Part shown: positions 33,739 to 47,115 of the stretch, one piece after another
How the letters are laid out: each line of letters opens with the position of its first letter
Position numbering within the stretch: position 1 is the first letter of the stretch
Origin: Entomortierella parvispora E1425
Lineage: Eukaryota > Fungi > Mortierellomycota
Direction: 5' to 3'
Assembly (NCBI GenBank): GCA_020891255.1
Contig: BQFW01000010.1
Span: forward strand, 1,674,001-1,738,000
Length of the DNA stretch: 64,000 bases
Made by a program: the position numbers and the translations under genes
Notes under the pieces: generated by a model
Seen by the model: only the letters and a program-made list of their open reading frames with translations
What the model was told of the DNA's origin: nothing
Database searches by the model: none

Positions 33739-34773
33739 ATGGACGAACATCGCAAGGAAGTCGGAAAGGATCTGATCAAGGGGACCCTCATTGCCGGTAT
33801 TGACATTATGACATGGACATGAGAACGGCTCAGTACAAGCATTCGCTCTCTGATCAACCATCCTGGACATCGACCTGCATACTAATCACATACAACTGAT
33901 CCCGGTCTTCTGAATCACCAGGTACGGCTGGAGCAACTGTAGGCGCAGTGATGGGAATCTTGAAGCAACAACCTGTGGCAGGATATGCATTCTCTGGAGG
34001 ACTGAATGCTTCGCTCTTTGGCATGACCTTTATCGGTAGGAAACATTGAAATCTCCGCGGCTAGGCAGTTGAAAAGTGGATGCAAAATCTAGGATATGTT
34101 GACTCAACTGACTCTGGATCTTTTCTCCTTATGTTGACTCTTGATAGCATTCCGTGAGTCTTTTCTCCGATTCCAGCAGGGAAAGAACCCCTACTTTGGA
34201 CTGAAGGACTCACAAACCATGGAGATTGACCAGTTGTGGAGTAGTACAATTGCAGGAGCGTGTACAGGAGGCATTCTCAGCGCGTTGGCCCGTATGTTTC
34301 ATCAGATCGCCTTTGTTATAAATGATCCTGCGACGATAAAGCTGCGTATTACGTAAAGCACGACCGGTGTTCCTAACTCTTCCTGGCTGTTGTTTTTTAT
34401 TCGTGTAGGTGGGCCCAAGGCCGTTCCTTCAGGAACATTCATGTTTGGCGCAATGGCATTGGGAGGTCAATGGGTTTGGTCAAAAACAAACCGGTTTCGC
34501 CAGAACCGGATCCTGGCACATGAGCCAGTGGATATCAGTCTGCCATCAGCGCCCGCTATTGCCCGGCCATCTAGTCGGGATGCGGTTGGAAATGGGTTGT
34601 TAAACGTGTTGCCAGTACATCGGACAGACATGGAAGAGTACGAAGTCAAGCTCCAGGCTAAGCTGAGACTCATCGAGAAGGAGGAGAGTATATTAGAGGC
34701 CGAGGCTCTGCGGCGGCAAAGGATCGCGACGGAGCAAGCCCTTGACGAGAAGGCGGTAGTCCAAAAACCATAG
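33739..34773 (+). CDS. Tim17/Tim22/Tim23/PMP24-family membrane protein (about 4 exons)
   Basis: Gly-rich TM helices GTLIAG-TAGATVGAVMGIL, SGGLNASLFGMTFI, STIAGACTGGILSAL, SGTFMFGAMALGGQW; C-terminal coiled segment. Confidence 0.75.
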
Positions 34774-35045
34774 AAAACACTTGAAAATGATCAAAAAAAG
34801 TCACAAAAAAATCGCGATTATTTGTTTGGGATATTTTGCCACCATTCCTTCATTGACATTCTTTGCTCGACTTGCACCTGTACTCGACGCAAGGCATCAT
34901 CCCATCCACGGCGTTCATTTCCAGGACAGAGGATACTGCGACCCCCCGGGAGACTCATCACGGACAGGAATCGATTGCTGGACCAGCTCTTATAGACCCA
35001 TTGAAGAGCGGACACATCACCCGTTCCTGTGTTTGTCCTCAGCAA

Positions 35046-38000
35046 TGAGCTCTTCCAACAAGACACCGACCAAGAAGAAAAAGGCCGCCAGAACACCGGA
35101 AAGGATCATCCCATACTCTTCACCCATGCCAAAGCAACGCAAGGCTGCATCTACTCCCAAAACGGCCCCTGCCTCACGCAAGGCTCGATCAGATACAGAT
35201 TACGTACAACCAAAGCCCGTCCACCCGCCATTGCCGCCTCTCAACCCAAGGTTTGAGCGACCTAATACACGGGCACACAACTCTTCTGACGCTGGCTCGG
35301 ACATACCCGACCCAGAGGATACCATGACTGAGGTTCCGCCACCCGAGACGACCACGGAGACAATGCCAACAGTTGAAGAGACGGCCCCTGTAACTGAAGA
35401 AGACCCACAAGAGCAGGAATCCACTGATAAAGAGCTTCCCAAGGCAAATTTTGAGAGACCAGCCGAGGAGCAGCGGGATGAGGATGTGGACACTCAACCT
35501 ATCGAAGAGACCGAGACAGCTGCAGCTACCAATCGCGCAGCTTCCCCCGACATTCCAGACAAACACATCGAGGATGTCACAGCCGTCATCGCTGAGGAGA
35601 CGAAGGAGCCTATGGATGAAACAGACTCGACCAAACACATCGAAAACTCGATACCTATACCCGCGCAGATCGCAATCGTAGCTGCCTCCCCGTCAAAACG
35701 CGTAGCTTTCTCGCCTAATAAGCAGGAGTCCGTGCTCTCAGTACCAGGAAAGGCAAAATCACAGAGCACTCTCAGGGGCATTCTCAAGCCTACGCCATTT
35801 CGTTTGGAAGGTGCATCTGCAGAGGATCCTCATACGGCGAGTGAAGCATCGGCAGGTCAACATCTTGAGACTGCTCCTGCACTGGAAGCGTTTGTGAAAA
35901 ACACCATCCAGGATTTGGAGTCGTCAGACTTGCAAGTACGGACAGCTGCCTATAGCAGTCTTCAGGCCACGCTTCGGGTCAGTGCCGAAAATATGCAGCC
36001 AGCTGCTGTACGGAAAACTCTCAGGATGTTTGTAGCATGCAATCAGCGGGATATTGACTTGAGCAACCCTCCAGCTCTGTAAGTCGAGAGGATATTGACT
36101 GCAAGACCTCCACCAACTGAAAATGATTTGTTTACTAATAGCTCTTGTTCCTTGCCTCTCTCATAGTGTACAAGTGGCCCTGAAATGCCTAGGCTACTAT
36201 TTATTTCATACTGGAATTGTCGCCATGTTCACAGGTACGCCCACGGATATAACCGGACAAAACATTTCGCCGTCGTCCTAACACCTTTCCTTTCTCAATG
36301 TTGACTAGGAAAAGAACTTGAAACCTATTTGACCACCATTCTCTCTATTGTCGAGACTACAACGGATAAGGCTACATGCCAGTTGGCTGTTTGGATTTTG
36401 AGCACGTCGCGGATACCTGCCAAGAGTATGGCCCCCTTTGTACCAAACATGATACAGACCTTTTCCGAGAACCTGGACTCTCGATTCAAGTCCAATAGCA
36501 TTATGATCGAATGTTTGATTGTAAGACAACTGGACTTGTTGGGCCCAATAAGCACGAATTTAAGAGCACAACGGACTAACCCACCTTTGCTTCGATCTCT
36601 CATAGGGCTTGTTTTCAATTTTGGGACAACATCAGAGTGAGATTGTGCCAACCGTGCAGGTTTGGTTTATTCCATTGATTTCACGGCTTGTTTACAACAT
36701 TCCCGGCATTCGATCCAAGGCTCTCGACACTTTAATTGCGGTTACCCCTAAGCTTATTGAGAAAGAGGATCCCCGAAGACAGCAGGCCGTCGCTGACTTT
36801 CTGTCATATCACTGCGCGGACTTTTTTGCGTCATTGACGCAGAACTTTTTGAACAATGGAGAGGAGGTCTACGCGATAACCGTCTGGGGCGCCTTGGTAA
36901 CTGTCATCGGACGACCTTTACAGAGGACTGTGCACTTCAATCCTCTCCTCAAAATGGCCGAGGTAAATATCGTTATTTCTATATCAGACTCATTGTGCAG
37001 CATCTACTCAAATCCACCTCAACTTTTCCTCCTCTTAGAAATGTTTCAACACGTCGTCATCGCGAAGAGCAGAGATCAAAATGACAGCTTTCCAGGCCTG
37101 GACGTAAGTCGGCTAGCAATTGACATGATTATAACTGCAAGAACATACATACTCACGCTCTCCATTACCGATAGGCGTCTTATCTATAATTTTGCAATTG
37201 GAGGTCACATTGCGCAAGATAAACCTTTAAAGTTGATGCTGACACCCATAGTTAACTGGTAATGCACTTCGTCAATTCCTCGAGCTCGAGCTTGTCCAAT
37301 ATCTTTCGATACTCTGCTGACCAATCCGCCCCTTCTTTAGCTTTATGAATGAGAAAGTGAAACGCGTCCGTCTAGCTTGTACACTCACTTGGTTCGCGCT
37401 CATCTACGCTCTTGGTCCAAAGCTACCAAAGGTAAACATTCTTGGCACTGCTGTCAACCCATCTATTAGTCCAAGACGACTGACATTGCGATACTTTTTG
37501 TCGTAGTTCTCCTCTCAAGCTCTCTTCCCTCTGCTGAAATTTGTTGTTCAGGACGAATCGGAGCACATTCGAGACGTTGGTTTGAGATTTCTCCATGCTC
37601 TTTTCTCAAATACTGGTGGACAAGGTACAATCATTTGTTCAAACTCCTATGAAAAACGTGGTATCACGATGTGAATTTGCCCATTCTCACACCTGCCTTT
37701 ACGGGGGGTTTAGAACTTATCGAAGGACGTTGGTCCATTGTACCAGGAACAATATCATTTACGGACCTTGGGCTCTCTGATGCAACGTGGGTGCGTTCGG
37801 AGCTGTTAGATCATGGACTGGAATGCCTATTCGATACGATAATGCTTCAACACAAAAATGTACGTCGTGACGAATGGAGACTTAGCGGTCTTACTGGACT
37901 TCCTCTGCTGATATTGCTCTGCTCCAAACTTTGGGAGAGTATACTGCGAACGGTGAGAGATATCAATGTGAACGAGAGAGGTAAGGAAAGACTATTGTCG

Positions 38001-41000
38001 ATATAACAAGAAGTTGGTCGAAAGGAGGACTTGTTTTTTTAACAATTTGAACGATGTGGCGGCACATTAGGACTAAAGCCTACGGTGGAAGCAGAGAAGT
38101 CGATTTCGAAGCTGGTGTACTTCATCGACAAGATATCGCAGTGCGACCCAAAGATCCTGGTTTGTGAAAACTGGCCTGCTGCGGATCCAAAGGGCGTGAA
38201 TTTGTTGAAAAACAATCCTGAAAAGGCTGGCTATATCATGCGAGCAGATGTTGTACACTACCTTTACAACTGTATGATCGAGATATTTTCAGTACGATCT
38301 CTTGTCGCCACCCGGTACAAAGTGGAAGACAGACTCCACTCGGCGTTGGAGAAGGTGCTCAAGAACTCTCGGACGGACACTCAACCTTCCGAGGAGGAAT
38401 CGGCCGTTGTGATGATATCTCCACTAGGTACAGTCCACCTTGTTTATCTGATGTTCTCAGGCTACATCAGGCCTGATCAGTGTCGCTAACGTTGCTTTCG
38501 GCTTTATAGAGTTCATCCTGAAGTGCTGGCTGGCTACTGGCGAGTCGGTCATTGGCACACCATACGAAACGTCTTTTTGGCAGGCAGTGTCCAGTCTTGT
38601 TGACATGTCGAAAACAGGATTGAATGTCCTCGCTGCTCTCTACAAATGCCTGAGCCACATGGAGGACATCAAACGCAAACGATTGACGACAGATGCCAGC
38701 ATATGGGCCCCACCCAACGCACCCGTAGAGCCGCTTGTGTTTCAAGAGTTCCAATTCAAGCACTGGAGCATCATTGGTAAGACATCATGCTGTGAGTGGT
38801 ATAGATGCTGTGGAATACGACAATTAATACCTGTTATCGGGACAATAGCCCAGCGCCTTGGCACGACGATCAATGAAATCAACGAGATATCTGACGATGT
38901 CGCCCCCGGTGATTTGGGAGGTTACGACGAGCTGTACGACCTGCTGCTCTATCCTTTCTGTGCCTTACGTGATCCCAGAAACCCCGATCACAGTGGTTCA
39001 TTGGAGAACATGGAGCTTGGTCAACGGATAGCAGGGACACGGGATGAAGAAATGGATGAAGCTCGAATCCAGTTTATGGACAAATTCAAGCTCATCTGTC
39101 TGCCCACCTGGTCAGATCTTGTCCGTGTGTTCTACAAGGTTGCTCAACACAAGCGCGGGAACGCTAATGCAGCGATGAACAACCTGGCCCTGCGGATAAG
39201 GGAGTGGTCGGACCCGGATGTTCCCTTCATGTGGTTAGTCTCCCAAGTGGTTTTATAGTTTGTGTCGCCGCGTTTCAAATCTACGGCAATTAACATTTGA
39301 AGTTGTTGGGACAACAGGACGCAGTCGATGAGTGTTGCTTGTACGAGCGTCATCGTAGACACGATTGTGTTCACGGCTAGTGGCAATGCTCAATTAACGA
39401 GGGGCCACAGCTCAAAGCAGTAAGTGGACTATCGCGATTATATTTATTTTGTTTGGGTTTGACATACTTCTAACATAGCTCATATGTAGGAACGTGGACG
39501 AGCTTTTGAACTTGTGCTCCAGCTTGTTTGGACGGGCCTACGACAATCTCCTGAAAACCCAACCACAAAACAGCCCGGGACTGTCTCCAATTGTCGAAGC
39601 CGTCTTTCTCTTGATGGAAAAGATTATCAACAAGGCTCAACCGTCCTTCGTCATGCTTTGGCTGCATCAAATGCAGGATTCAATTTTGACATGGATGAAC
39701 GACCCAAAATCAACAATCGCGTGCTATCCAAAAGCAACACGTCGGTCCCTCCAGAGCCGCATAGAGAACTTTTGGAGCAACTGTGTCCTGGCCAAGCTTC
39801 TCTTGTGCTCGACCAACTCGACGGCAGGAGGCAATCTGGCTGTCGGATCAGTCCTTGCTCCTCATTTGTCGACTGTCCGTGGAGCACTCCAACAAGCTCA
39901 AAGTGGATCACCTGCGAGCAGTTCTGTAACCAGCTCTGCTCGATCTTCGCCTTCGCCTGCTGAGCAAAACCCCAATCCGTTCAACTCAAAGTCGCTCGTT
40001 CTATTTCAGTCACTCATTGCGGCCGGCCTCAGTTCAGAGAGCAAGTCTGTTGTCAACAAAACTTTGGAGTTCTGGAACGACACCTTTGGGTCATCCGACC
40101 GAGATCTTGAATATCCAGAGAAAATTGTTGCCGTACTTCGACCTCTGAAACTTGTGGCCACCATCAAATTGCCAGGGTGGTCGTTGGAGGACGATTCACA
40201 GATGGAGCTCCCGCAGTTTGCATCCCTGTCCCAGGAGATGCTCTCGATACCGGCGGAGCTAAATATCAGATCTGGATTGTCGATTCGTTCTAAGCGGAAA
40301 GCCGACGATGCACCAGAGAGCTCGCCTGCTAAACAAAAACAAAAGCCTTCACCGACAGTGACGGGAGTCGGGAACTCTGCATCCGTTATGGCCAACACGG
40401 CTGCTGCGGCAGTGTCGTCCTCTGCTGTCGCTCCTCTTTCGACAACGCCCGGCAGCAATCGCTCCAGCCGCTCCAGCACCCCTGCTGTGGACTCTGACAG
40501 CTCGGCACAGTCGTCTTCGACAGAGTCGAAACACTCAAGGAAAAGGAAACGTAGACGAGCAGAGCAGGCCGCGCTGGAGAATCTGCGGAGACAGCAAGAA
40601 GCAGGAGTGGCTGCAGTCGTGGCTCCCTTGTCTGAGTCTGCTCCTGAGACGTCCTTGGAGCAAACGGAAATCCAAGGTCAATCAAGCAAGAAGAACAAGG
40701 TAGTGAAAGTGAAAAGGGAAGAACTGCCACCAGCTCCTCTTTTCAAGCGTGGACCACCACTACAGCCCTATGATCCTGCCAGCGATCCTGAAGTCAGTCA
40801 ATCTGTATCGCACGGCGGCAGTGGAATTGATGGCGCCCTGGATCCCATTGGAATTGACTCTGCTGCAACCTCACAAGTGGAGGATAATGTTGGTACTGGC
40901 GACTCACCCAAATACGTGACACAGGAGAGTAACGTTATACAAGGTGAGGTTGCGTCAAGGGAGACAACTGGACAGGTAGAAGAGCAAATGCCTCTCGCCG

Positions 41001-41586
41001 AGATTACCGACGGTACAGGGACCAATACAACCAATACGAGCATTGCTCCAGGAGTGCCGAATATTTTGTCGCCATCTAATCCATCAAAATCACCGACGGA
41101 TATTTCAACAAACACTTCAGTTGGAAGGAACGCGAGCATCGGTCAAACTGGATCCAACCCCCAGACGCTATCCGGTGCGTACTATACACCGCGATCTGAC
41201 AGCCAGAGTATCAGCACATCCTTGGGATCTCTTACTTCAAATTCAAGCACAAACTCGACGACAGCTTTGGCATCCATTACGAACGGGGATGTCTTCCGGG
41301 ATACGGTTTACCAACTGGTCAAATCTCGCGAATTGGTGTCTACCATGGACATGAGGTGAGTAGTTGTCTATATTTGGGGAGAAGACGCGTCGCCGCCGCC
41401 TTTACTGCTGCTCATGCCTCCTATTATCATTATACTTTTTTTTATCACTTTAGACAACTTGTTGAGTTCCAGAGCCAGTTGAACATGCTAAACCAGACGG
41501 TCTGTGCAGCTTGGGGACAATTGGTGACAGGAGGTAGTAGCGGCCCCAATGATTCTCCGCCCGCGCCCCCCTCTGCAGAGCAGTAG
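35046..41586 (+). CDS. RIF1: Telomere/replication-timing regulator RIF1 (disordered N-terminus, HEAT-repeat Rif1_N region, disordered linker, short C-terminal helix); many exons
   Basis: KRVAF (35696-35710) then GILK (35777-35788) PP1-docking pair; LVQVALKCLGYY; CQLAVWILS; IRSKALDTL; VYAITVWGALV; AFQAWTRLIYNF; LEFWNDTFG...LEYPEKIVAVLRPL; C-terminal LVEFQSQLNML. Confidence 0.85.
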
Positions 41587-43603
41587 GGAATTTCAAAAAA
41601 ACCCCCCCAGCTCGAGCGGTCAAGTAGAATTCAGCCGTTGCTATTTTTTTTTCAGAGTTTTGTGAATGTGCTCGGCTGTTAGTCATGCGGTCAGCACTTC
41701 GTTGTACAACATAAACCGATCATTGACAGAAAGAATGAACCAAAGAAAAGATTCCTTACGCGATTCGTGTTGTTCTCTCGAGTGCTTACTCTTGTGCATG
41801 GTCATTTGACCCTGGGAAAGAAGTGGGTAGAAAAAAAGGGAAAAAAGAAAAGAATCGTCGGTTGTTGTTGTTGTTTATCCCCCTGTCCTACCGTCATGGC
41901 CACAACGAGAGGAGAGGAGGAGGGGAAAGAACACAGATGAGAGCACCTCTTTTTTTTCGAAATGGCAATAAACAAGGGCCCTTGCATGAAAAACACACGA
42001 GCAGCGAACCAAGAGAATGGGGAAGTTCTTTGCGCGCACAACCAGACCTCCCTCCTCTTCTTTCTTGGTGTTCAGAGTACAGACATCACACCATTCATGC
42101 AGGGGTTCAGTCTCTCGCGCCATCACAGGCTCCACCGTGTCCCCCACATCAAGTGACCATGGGCAAAGTCCGAGGAACGAAAAAACCCAGGCGGATCAGC
42201 AGATGTTGTTGCCCGAAGGGAGGTGTTTCTGCTATTTTTCATGCAAAAGAAACCAGTTTTGCTCTTCCCCTTTCACGCTTCTCGGCGAGCGTTGAGACTA
42301 GGTGGTTTTTGGCACCCGCAGAAAGGGAGGACCGAAACCGCTGCCAATCATGGAAATGCGGAAGGAGACAAAGAGGGACCGACAAAGAGACCACCTTTCG
42401 CCACCAAACGTTCATTTTAAATTCAATTATGAGTGAATTATGGATTATCATTGATAATTGAGGGGGCCGCTGAGCAAGAACTGGGCTTGGACCTCCACAC
42501 TCCACGGTGACCAGTGAAGGTACTCCCCGATCCGTACTCTCTCTTTTTTTTTACTTTCCAGTGCTCTTCTCCACAGCACTCCATCGGTCTGTCTATCTGT
42601 CCGTGGGGTGGAAGGTTTCTGTGTCCTCACCTCTCAATAAGAGTTTCTTTTTTGCGTTTGTTGTTCGTCAATCAGAAACAGCGGAGAGGGAGGAGGAGGA
42701 AAGTGCAAGGATATTAGAGGAAGGAAGAAGCCTAGGAGAGATTATTGATACATACCCGCAACACCCACAGGAGAATTATTGCTGTATGACCCTAATTGCC
42801 TTTTTGATTGTCGCAATTCGAGAGCGGCAAAAAGGGAAATGAGAACCTTCGTTTGCGCATCCCACAGGGCAAATCGGTTCTTTTTTTTTTATATATATGT
42901 ACGCCCAATATACTATATTTCCTTTTATTCGCAGAGAAGAGACAGTTCCATTGGAGGGCGGGAGAATAGAGGGGGATGGAGAATAGGCTGACTCTACTGC
43001 TGTGGAGTAGATAGGAGGGAGGGGGGACCGAGGAAGACACCACCAGGTGCTGCAGCAGAGATGCGAGATGGAATCCAGAGAGCAAAGAGCCGTGGCCTCG
43101 CAAGAGCCGCGAGAGCACACCGTGGTGGAGAAGAGAGCGATGGAGGACAAGGAGAAGGACCGATAAACAAACAAACCACGAAGCAATGTGGTCTGGTGGT
43201 GGTGGCAGTGGTGCAAGTGGAGGCATCGCTGTTTGTTTACCCTTTGCAGGCGCACTGCACTGCACTGCACTGCGCCAGCGAGTCTTCCATCCTTGGCTCT
43301 TTGCCGCGTCTTTTTTGCGGGACTAAATCTTTAAGCCGACTATTTTAGTTTTTATTCCCACTTTCCCCTCTCTCCCTCTCCCTCTCTCCCTCTCCCTCTC
43401 CACAGTCTCCACATCCCCCCAATCACCGCGCCCTCTCACATTCGACTCTCATTCCTCCCTCCCCTCATTGGTCCCTTCTTGACTTTGTTCCTCCGTTCCT
43501 TGTTCCTTCACCTTACTTCTTCATCCTCCATCCGTCTTCATCCTTCATCTTCATCCCAAAGTTCATTCTCTCCTTCTCCTTTACATTCTCGACTGCATCC
43601 ATC

Positions 43604-45010
43604 ATGGGCGCCACTCAGTCCTCCCTCGCCCATGCTCCCTCTCCACGCGCCGGACACGCCTCGAACCCAGCAAAGAGCCGCAACTCGTTCACAAAGGATC
43701 GCTTCCTCTCACATACACTCCCCACTGCCTCTTCCAACAACGGCCATCACGCTTACCCTTCACCTACCAACAGCGCAAGTACCATCGGCAGTCATCACCA
43801 CCTTCATCCATCCTCGTCCGCGCCGGGATCGCCGACCCAATACCATAACCACCCCCAATACACGAATCATCATGTCAACAACCACCACCACCATCCTCAG
43901 CACTCTATGACCACTCCACCTTCGAGTCAGACTTCCAATTCATCCTCGCTCCAAAAGACATTTAGTCGAAGGAGATCTTCGAACCAGACGGTGGAATCCA
44001 CACACTCGGGCCAATGCTCGGTCTTGCACGGATCCACGACACATAGCAACACAAGCCATCCTTTGTCCCGACACTCTGAAGAGTCAGATCAAGAGTTTAG
44101 GTTCTTTTACGGACGGCGTTTCCACAACACCTCTAGTCTCTACATGTTGCCCAACGATACACAAGAAGTAGACAGGTACGATTGACACAGAAGTGAAAAG
44201 AAAAAAAAAGAAAAGGAACCACAAGGGGAAAAGAGGGCTCCCACACCGACACAGGCACACACATACACACACACACGCACAAACGACCCGACAGTGAGGA
44301 GCCAAAAAAAACAATTAGTGTTTAATATAAGAGAGGAAGGATGGGAAACGGACAAAAAATGGGGGAGGGAGGAAGAAGACGCCCGTTGCTCACGAACCGC
44401 GAGTCTCGTTGGGGGCGAAGAAAGTAGAGCAAGGTAAACAGAGGGAAAAGTAGCGGACAGACAGCCAGACAGACGGACAAAGAGGAGACATGGTGTTACG
44501 CGCAGACCACCTGTTGCCTGCACTCTCCTCTTCTCCCCCTTCTCCCTCTCCTCCCTCTCCTCCCTCGCTCTCGTGCACGCGCTGTTCCAATCCTATGTTG
44601 CGCCCTTTGGCTGTCCTCACTGTCATCCCACATTGTTGTTTACGGCCCTCAAACTCAATCCCAAGCTTGACATGACGGACGCCAAAAGAAAAAAAAAGTA
44701 CAGGGGAAGGAGGAGATACACTGGTGTATTGTAGTATGGGGGGCTCAAAGACAGTGAGTGGCGAAAAACGACACCCCAGTTTCTTGCAATTTGAGCCAAA
44801 CAAATAAGCAAGCATGTACTTTTGTTATGCATGAGGTAGTCTCATGCTCCACGCGTTTTCTTCTTTTCTTTCTTTCTTTTTTTTTTCTTTGTGCTTATGA
44901 GTCTGAAAGGAGAGGCGGTCGGGTGGGTATTTCTTATGGACCATGCAGGGGTGGAAAGGAGCGGAAGTCATGGCATGGGCGCTAGCTAGCACGGCAAGAA
45001 CTGGGCCCTC

Positions 45011-45046
<36 letters not shown>

Positions 45047-46931
45047 ATTGCAGTAGCAGAACAATTTAAACAAGAACTGCTGCTGCTGCCCTACTCTATT
45101 GCACATCATCGTCATGACGACTCATCTGGCGTGGAATTTACTTTTGCCCCGTGTTATTAGATTGCACGAGCAACACTATATCCTCAAGATCCTATTTGAA
45201 GGCAAGAATATCCACGTCAGCATCAAGGACCACGACAAAGTGATCGACCTTGGCTGTGGTGCCGCGACATGGATCATGGTGAGTGGCACTGCTGACTCCT
45301 TTTTTTATTTTGTATACCTTGAGAGCTTGCTTGGTTGCGAGCGCACCTGACACCAAATTACCAACTTGGAGAAAAGGAGGCGAGGACAAGCTGGAGGACG
45401 AGGAGAGGGGTTTTTTGTGCTTGGGTAGCGTGCTTTGTGGTTTTTGTTTTCCTTTATTTCATATTTGAGATTCCGCCTCCCGAAGACGCGCCATACCAAA
45501 TGCGAGTCTCTTGGGAACAACGGGTCGTCAGGAAAAGGGTACAAAGGGAGAAAAGAAAAACATTTCGGTGCAACGGATGGGGTTGGGCCACGGTCCGAGA
45601 GCAACGACTGTGCGTCAGAAAGGGAGGCGGAGAGGGGATGTGAGACGCGATTTCTTTATCGATCGATCGACGAGCAGCTCAAAAAAATCATCCAATTTCG
45701 CCTTGTTTGTTTGCATGCTTTCCTTGTCTGCCTTGCATGCGTGCCTTGCTTGACTTGCTTGATTGCTTGCTGCTTACTTGCCCTGCGTGCCTTGTTTGCC
45801 TTGTCTTGCTTGCTTGCTTGATTCCTTGCTTTCTTGCTTGATTCCTTGCTTTCTTGCTTGATTCCTTGCTTTCTTGCTTGATTCCTTGCTTTCTTGCTTG
45901 CTTGCATTACAAATTTGCCCAGCAGACATTTTCGTTGTTCATTTTCATGTGCTTTGACGGATTTCCTTTTTTTTTTTTTGTTTTCGTTTTGAACGGGACA
46001 ATGGTCGCTTTGCCACTTTTTTCTATTGCGGTGGTCCAAGAGCCGACAGGAACTGTTGCGCATGTCAGACCTGGCCATCACCAAACAGCTACATGTGCCA
46101 AGTCACGGAGGAGTGATCACAAACTGTCGGAAGTGACCCCTGTGCCTGTTGTGCACAGAAAGTCTTGGCTTTTTTTTTTTTTTTTTTTTTTTTTTTTGTG
46201 TGTGTCCATGGCACTATCATGAGGAAACCATTCTAAAACATGACTGTTTTTCGGCCCTCCTGCTCTCTTTCTCTCACTTCTAGGACATGGCCACGGAACT
46301 AAACCATGTAGACTTTGTCGGCATTGACATCTCACCCATCTACCCGACGGCGATCCACCCAAAGAACTGCACATTTTATCAGGAAAACATTCTCCAGGGG
46401 ATTTCACAGCCAAACGAGTCCTTTGATATCGTGTACCAGCGCAATGTCGCTCCGGGATTCACGTTTGAGCATTGGCAACAGGGCCTCGGAGAGGCTTTCA
46501 GGATCTTGAGGGGCGATGGTTGGTTCGAGAGTGTAGAATCGGATGTGACGATCCATAATGCAGGACCTTACACAGAGATGTGCTTTGAGTACCTAAGAGC
46601 TTCCATGGCCTCCAGGAACGTGGACCCATCTGTGGTCCGAGACCTGGACAAGTTGTTCCTGTCCACAGGGTTTGCTGACGTCCAAGTCAAGGAATACGTG
46701 GTCGCGTATGGAGAGCATGGAGGACAACTGGGCAAGCTCTGGAGGGACAATATGTTTGCGATCCTGGAGACTGTCAAGCCTCTGTTGGCCCGAGTCAAGA
46801 ATGTACCCGAGTCCCAGGTCTCAGAAATGATTGCTGCCTCTTACAAGGAGACGTTGACGTGCAGGGCTCATCAGACGATATATGTCACTTATGGACGGAA
46901 ACCAAGAAGTGCCGTCTTTGGGCGGCGCTGA
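43604..46931 (+). CDS. Class I SAM-dependent methyltransferase, LaeA/UMTA-like (3 exons; introns 44176-45160 and 45279-46283)
   Basis: GRRFHNTSSLYMLPNDTQEVDR-LHEQHY...VIDLGCGAATWIM-DMATE...FVGIDISP...ESFDIVYQR...EAFRILRGDGWFESVESD. Confidence 0.9.
45821..45900. repeat. Four perfect copies of a 20-bp minisatellite within a degenerate (CTTG)n tract in intron 2 of the methyltransferase
   Basis: (attccttgctttcttgcttg)x4. Confidence 0.95.
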
Positions 46932-47115
46932 GGCCAATCAATTTTGAACCATTTCTTTTTCTTTTTTTCCTCCTCTTTTTTCTTGGCATCCTTCTTTCCC
47001 CCACACAAACACATTCTCATTCTTGCTTTCCTTGTTCCGTCCTCTATTTCCTTCCGGCCCGCAGATATTACAATAAACAACACACAAAAACAACCGTTTT
47101 CGGTCAATTTATTGA

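Noticed and set aside
34781-35045. Apparent N-terminal extension of the RIF1 ORF
   Set aside because: Begins 8 bp after the upstream gene's stop, starts at TTG and reads like UTR; ATG 35046 (MSSSNK) is more plausible.
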